A DNA stretch of 64,000 bases. Source: an uncultured SAR86 cluster bacterium (lineage in GTDB: Bacteria > Pseudomonadota > Gammaproteobacteria > Magnimaribacterales > D2472). The notes under the pieces are model-generated. The model was not told where the DNA came from and searched no databases. It was given only the letters and a program-made list of their open reading frames with translations. A program made the translations under genes and the position numbers. Shown piece by piece: positions 62,356 to 64,000 of the stretch (position 1 is its first letter; the number at the start of each line of letters is the position of its first letter). Location: contig CACMFH010000004.1 of assembly GCA_902612915.1 (NCBI GenBank), positions 2,570 to 66,569 of the forward strand, written 5' to 3'.

Positions 62356-64000
62356 ATGAAGGAAAATATATTTGATATAGAAAAGGTTACATATTCTATG
62401 AAAGAGGAGAGGTTTGTAGAGGCTTTAAGCTCACTTGAGTTTAATTTAGCAAGCCAACCAAATCATTTTGAGTGTTTATATTTGGCTGCGGTTTGCTCAC
62501 GTTATTTAAAGAATTATAAAGATTCTCAGAATTACCTAGATAGATTGTTAAGAGTTAATCCTGATATGGGAAGAGCTTATCAAGAGTTAGGTCACCTTAA
62601 TAGAATAAATGGAAAGATGAGAAGTGCCATCGCTTATTACAGACAAGCATGTGAACTTAATCCTGCGCTAATAGCATCATGGAAATACTTACTTCAATAC
62701 TATAAAAAAAATAAGAACAAACAAGCGGCAGATCATGCTGAAGAACAAGTAAAAAAACTACAATCAATTCCAAACATATTGTTATATATTAGCCAGATTC
62801 TTAATGAAGGAAAGCTTGCCATTGCAGAAGAAAAATGTCGAGAATTCTTAAAGAAAAATCCAACTAATACTTATGCTATGTCATTACTTGCAGATATTGC
62901 AGATCGATTAGGACATTTTGATGACACTGAAATTTTACTAGAGAATGCTGTTAAATTTAAGCCTGAGGATGGTGAACTTAGGATGAAATATGCTCTAATC
63001 TTAAGAAAAAAACAAAAGTTTAAAGAAACGATGGAGCAAGTAAACATATTGTGTGAAAAGTTCCCTAACAATCTATCTTATCAAGCTCATAGAGCAAGTG
63101 AAGTTATGCAAAATGGGGATCATGAAAAAGCAGTAAAATTATTTAATTCTATAATCAAAAAAAGTCCACACAATTACAATGCGTTAACCTCTAAAGGTCA
63201 TGCTTTAAAGACTCTTGGTAAAACAGATCAGGCAATCTATTGTTATAAGTCTGCTTACAAAAAGAAACCTGATCATGGCGATGCATTTTATTCTTTAGCG
63301 AATCTAAAAACCTATACTTTTACGGAAAATGAATCAAACAGAATGCGCGAACAATTAGAAAGAGTTGATTTAACTCTAAAAGATAAAGTTTATTTTCATT
63401 TTGCACTAGCACAGGCGTGCGAAGTTGCTGGCAATTTTGATGAGGCTTTCACAAACTTACAAAAAGGAAATGAAATTAAAAATAAACAAAGTAATTATTC
63501 AATTGAGCAAATGGATGATGAGCTTCAAGCTCAAATTGATATATGTAATGAAACATTCTTTGATAATATGGGATCCGGAGGATGTGAAACTAACGCCCCT
63601 ATATTTATACTTGGATTACCCAGAGCTGGCTCAACTTTAATTGAACAAATTCTTGCATCACATTCTATGATAGATGGCACTCTAGAATTACCTAACATAT
63701 TATCAATAGCGCAAAACTTAAGAGGTGATGATATTTATGGCAAAAAAGGAAATTATCCTAAGTCTATGCAATTGTTGTCACTAGAACAACGATTAGATCT
63801 AGGCAATAACTTTATAAATGATACAAAAATACATAGAAAAGATGCACCAAGATTCACAGATAAGATGCCAAATAATTTTCGTCATATCGGACTTATTCAT
63901 TTAATAATGCCAAATGCAAAAATTATTGATGCAAGAAGATATCCTCTAGATTGTTGTTTTAGTATGTTTAAACAATTATTTGCACAAGGGCAAGAATTTA
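62356..64000 (+). CDS. TPR-repeat + sulfotransferase-domain protein, 3'-truncated by window edge; paralogue of 54652-56229
   Basis: It is not in the ORF track because no stop is reached; I translated it by hand and found it open from the ATG at 62356 to the window end. It contains GLPRAGSTLIEQILASH and DKMPNNFRHIGLIHLIMPNAKIIDARRYPLDCCFS. Confidence 0.85.
   Translation, partial: MKENIFDIEKVTYSMKEERFVEALSSLEFNLASQPNHFECLYLAAVCSRYLKNYKDSQNYLDRLLRVNPDMGRAYQELGHLNRINGKMRSAIAYYRQACELNPALIASWKYLLQYYKKNKNKQAADHAEEQVKKLQSIPNILLYISQILNEGKLAIAEEKCREFLKKNPTNTYAMSLLADIADRLGHFDDTEILLENAVKFKPEDGELRMKYALILRKKQKFKETMEQVNILCEKFPNNLSYQAHRASEVMQNGDHEKAVKLFNSIIKKSPHNYNALTSKGHALKTLGKTDQAIYCYKSAYKKKPDHGDAFYSLANLKTYTFTENESNRMREQLERVDLTLKDKVYFHFALAQACEVAGNFDEAFTNLQKGNEIKNKQSNYSIEQMDDELQAQIDICNETFFDNMGSGGCETNAPIFILGLPRAGSTLIEQILASHSMIDGTLELPNILSIAQNLRGDDIYGKKGNYPKSMQLLSLEQRLDLGNNFINDTKIHRKDAPRFTDKMPNNFRHIGLIHLIMPNAKIIDARRYPLDCCFSMFKQLFAQGQEF

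Overview
This is an AT-rich (by eye about one-third G+C, not computed), very gene-dense chromosomal segment; many neighbouring genes overlap by 1-26 nt and spacers are mostly under 100 nt. I infer a streamlined marine Gram-negative bacterium, most plausibly a SAR86-like gammaproteobacterium. The grounds are five TonB-dependent receptors (TBDRs) in 64 kb, a Gsp-type type II secretion system (T2SS), and gamma-type ftsK-lolA-...-serS synteny.

Contents in order:
- A 5'-truncated secreted protein built of repeated modules, followed by TBDR 1.
- A complete, compact T2SS operon, gspCDEFGHIJKLM (4.5-13.8 kb).
- A ppk2-ppx-MIP channel operon, divergent from a PiT phosphate transporter.
- TetR, TBDR 2 and a beta-propeller phytase.
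- Housekeeping and accessory genes: epoxide hydrolase, DedA, HIT, an MFS transporter, GDPD and an acyltransferase.
- A porin-glnK-amt operon behind a textbook sigma-54 promoter.
- An SDR, acuI/yhdH-like gene, trxB, ftsK, lolA-like gene, crcB and serS.
- A PhoD-like phosphatase and an Oar-like giant TBDR 3.
- A 2OG oxygenase, NupC and TspO.
- A KASIII gene with three alpha/beta-fold esterases.
- Two BCCT transporters, an orphan RecB-like nuclease and a PA/M28-like lipoprotein.
- Two paralogous copies of a TBDR + TPR-sulfotransferase module (TBDR 4 and 5); the second sulfotransferase runs off the 3' edge.

I found no rRNA, tRNA, CRISPR array, transposase, integrase or obvious defence island.

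The most unusual signals are:
- the duplicated TBDR/TPR-sulfotransferase module;
- the repeated-module TBDR-partner protein of unknown family;
- a polyphosphate operon that ends in a MIP channel with degenerate NPA motifs;
- a small beta-barrel gene leading the sigma-54 glnK-amt operon;
- a perfect hairpin terminator after every one of the five TBDR genes.

All family assignments rest on motifs read by eye. No database search was possible.
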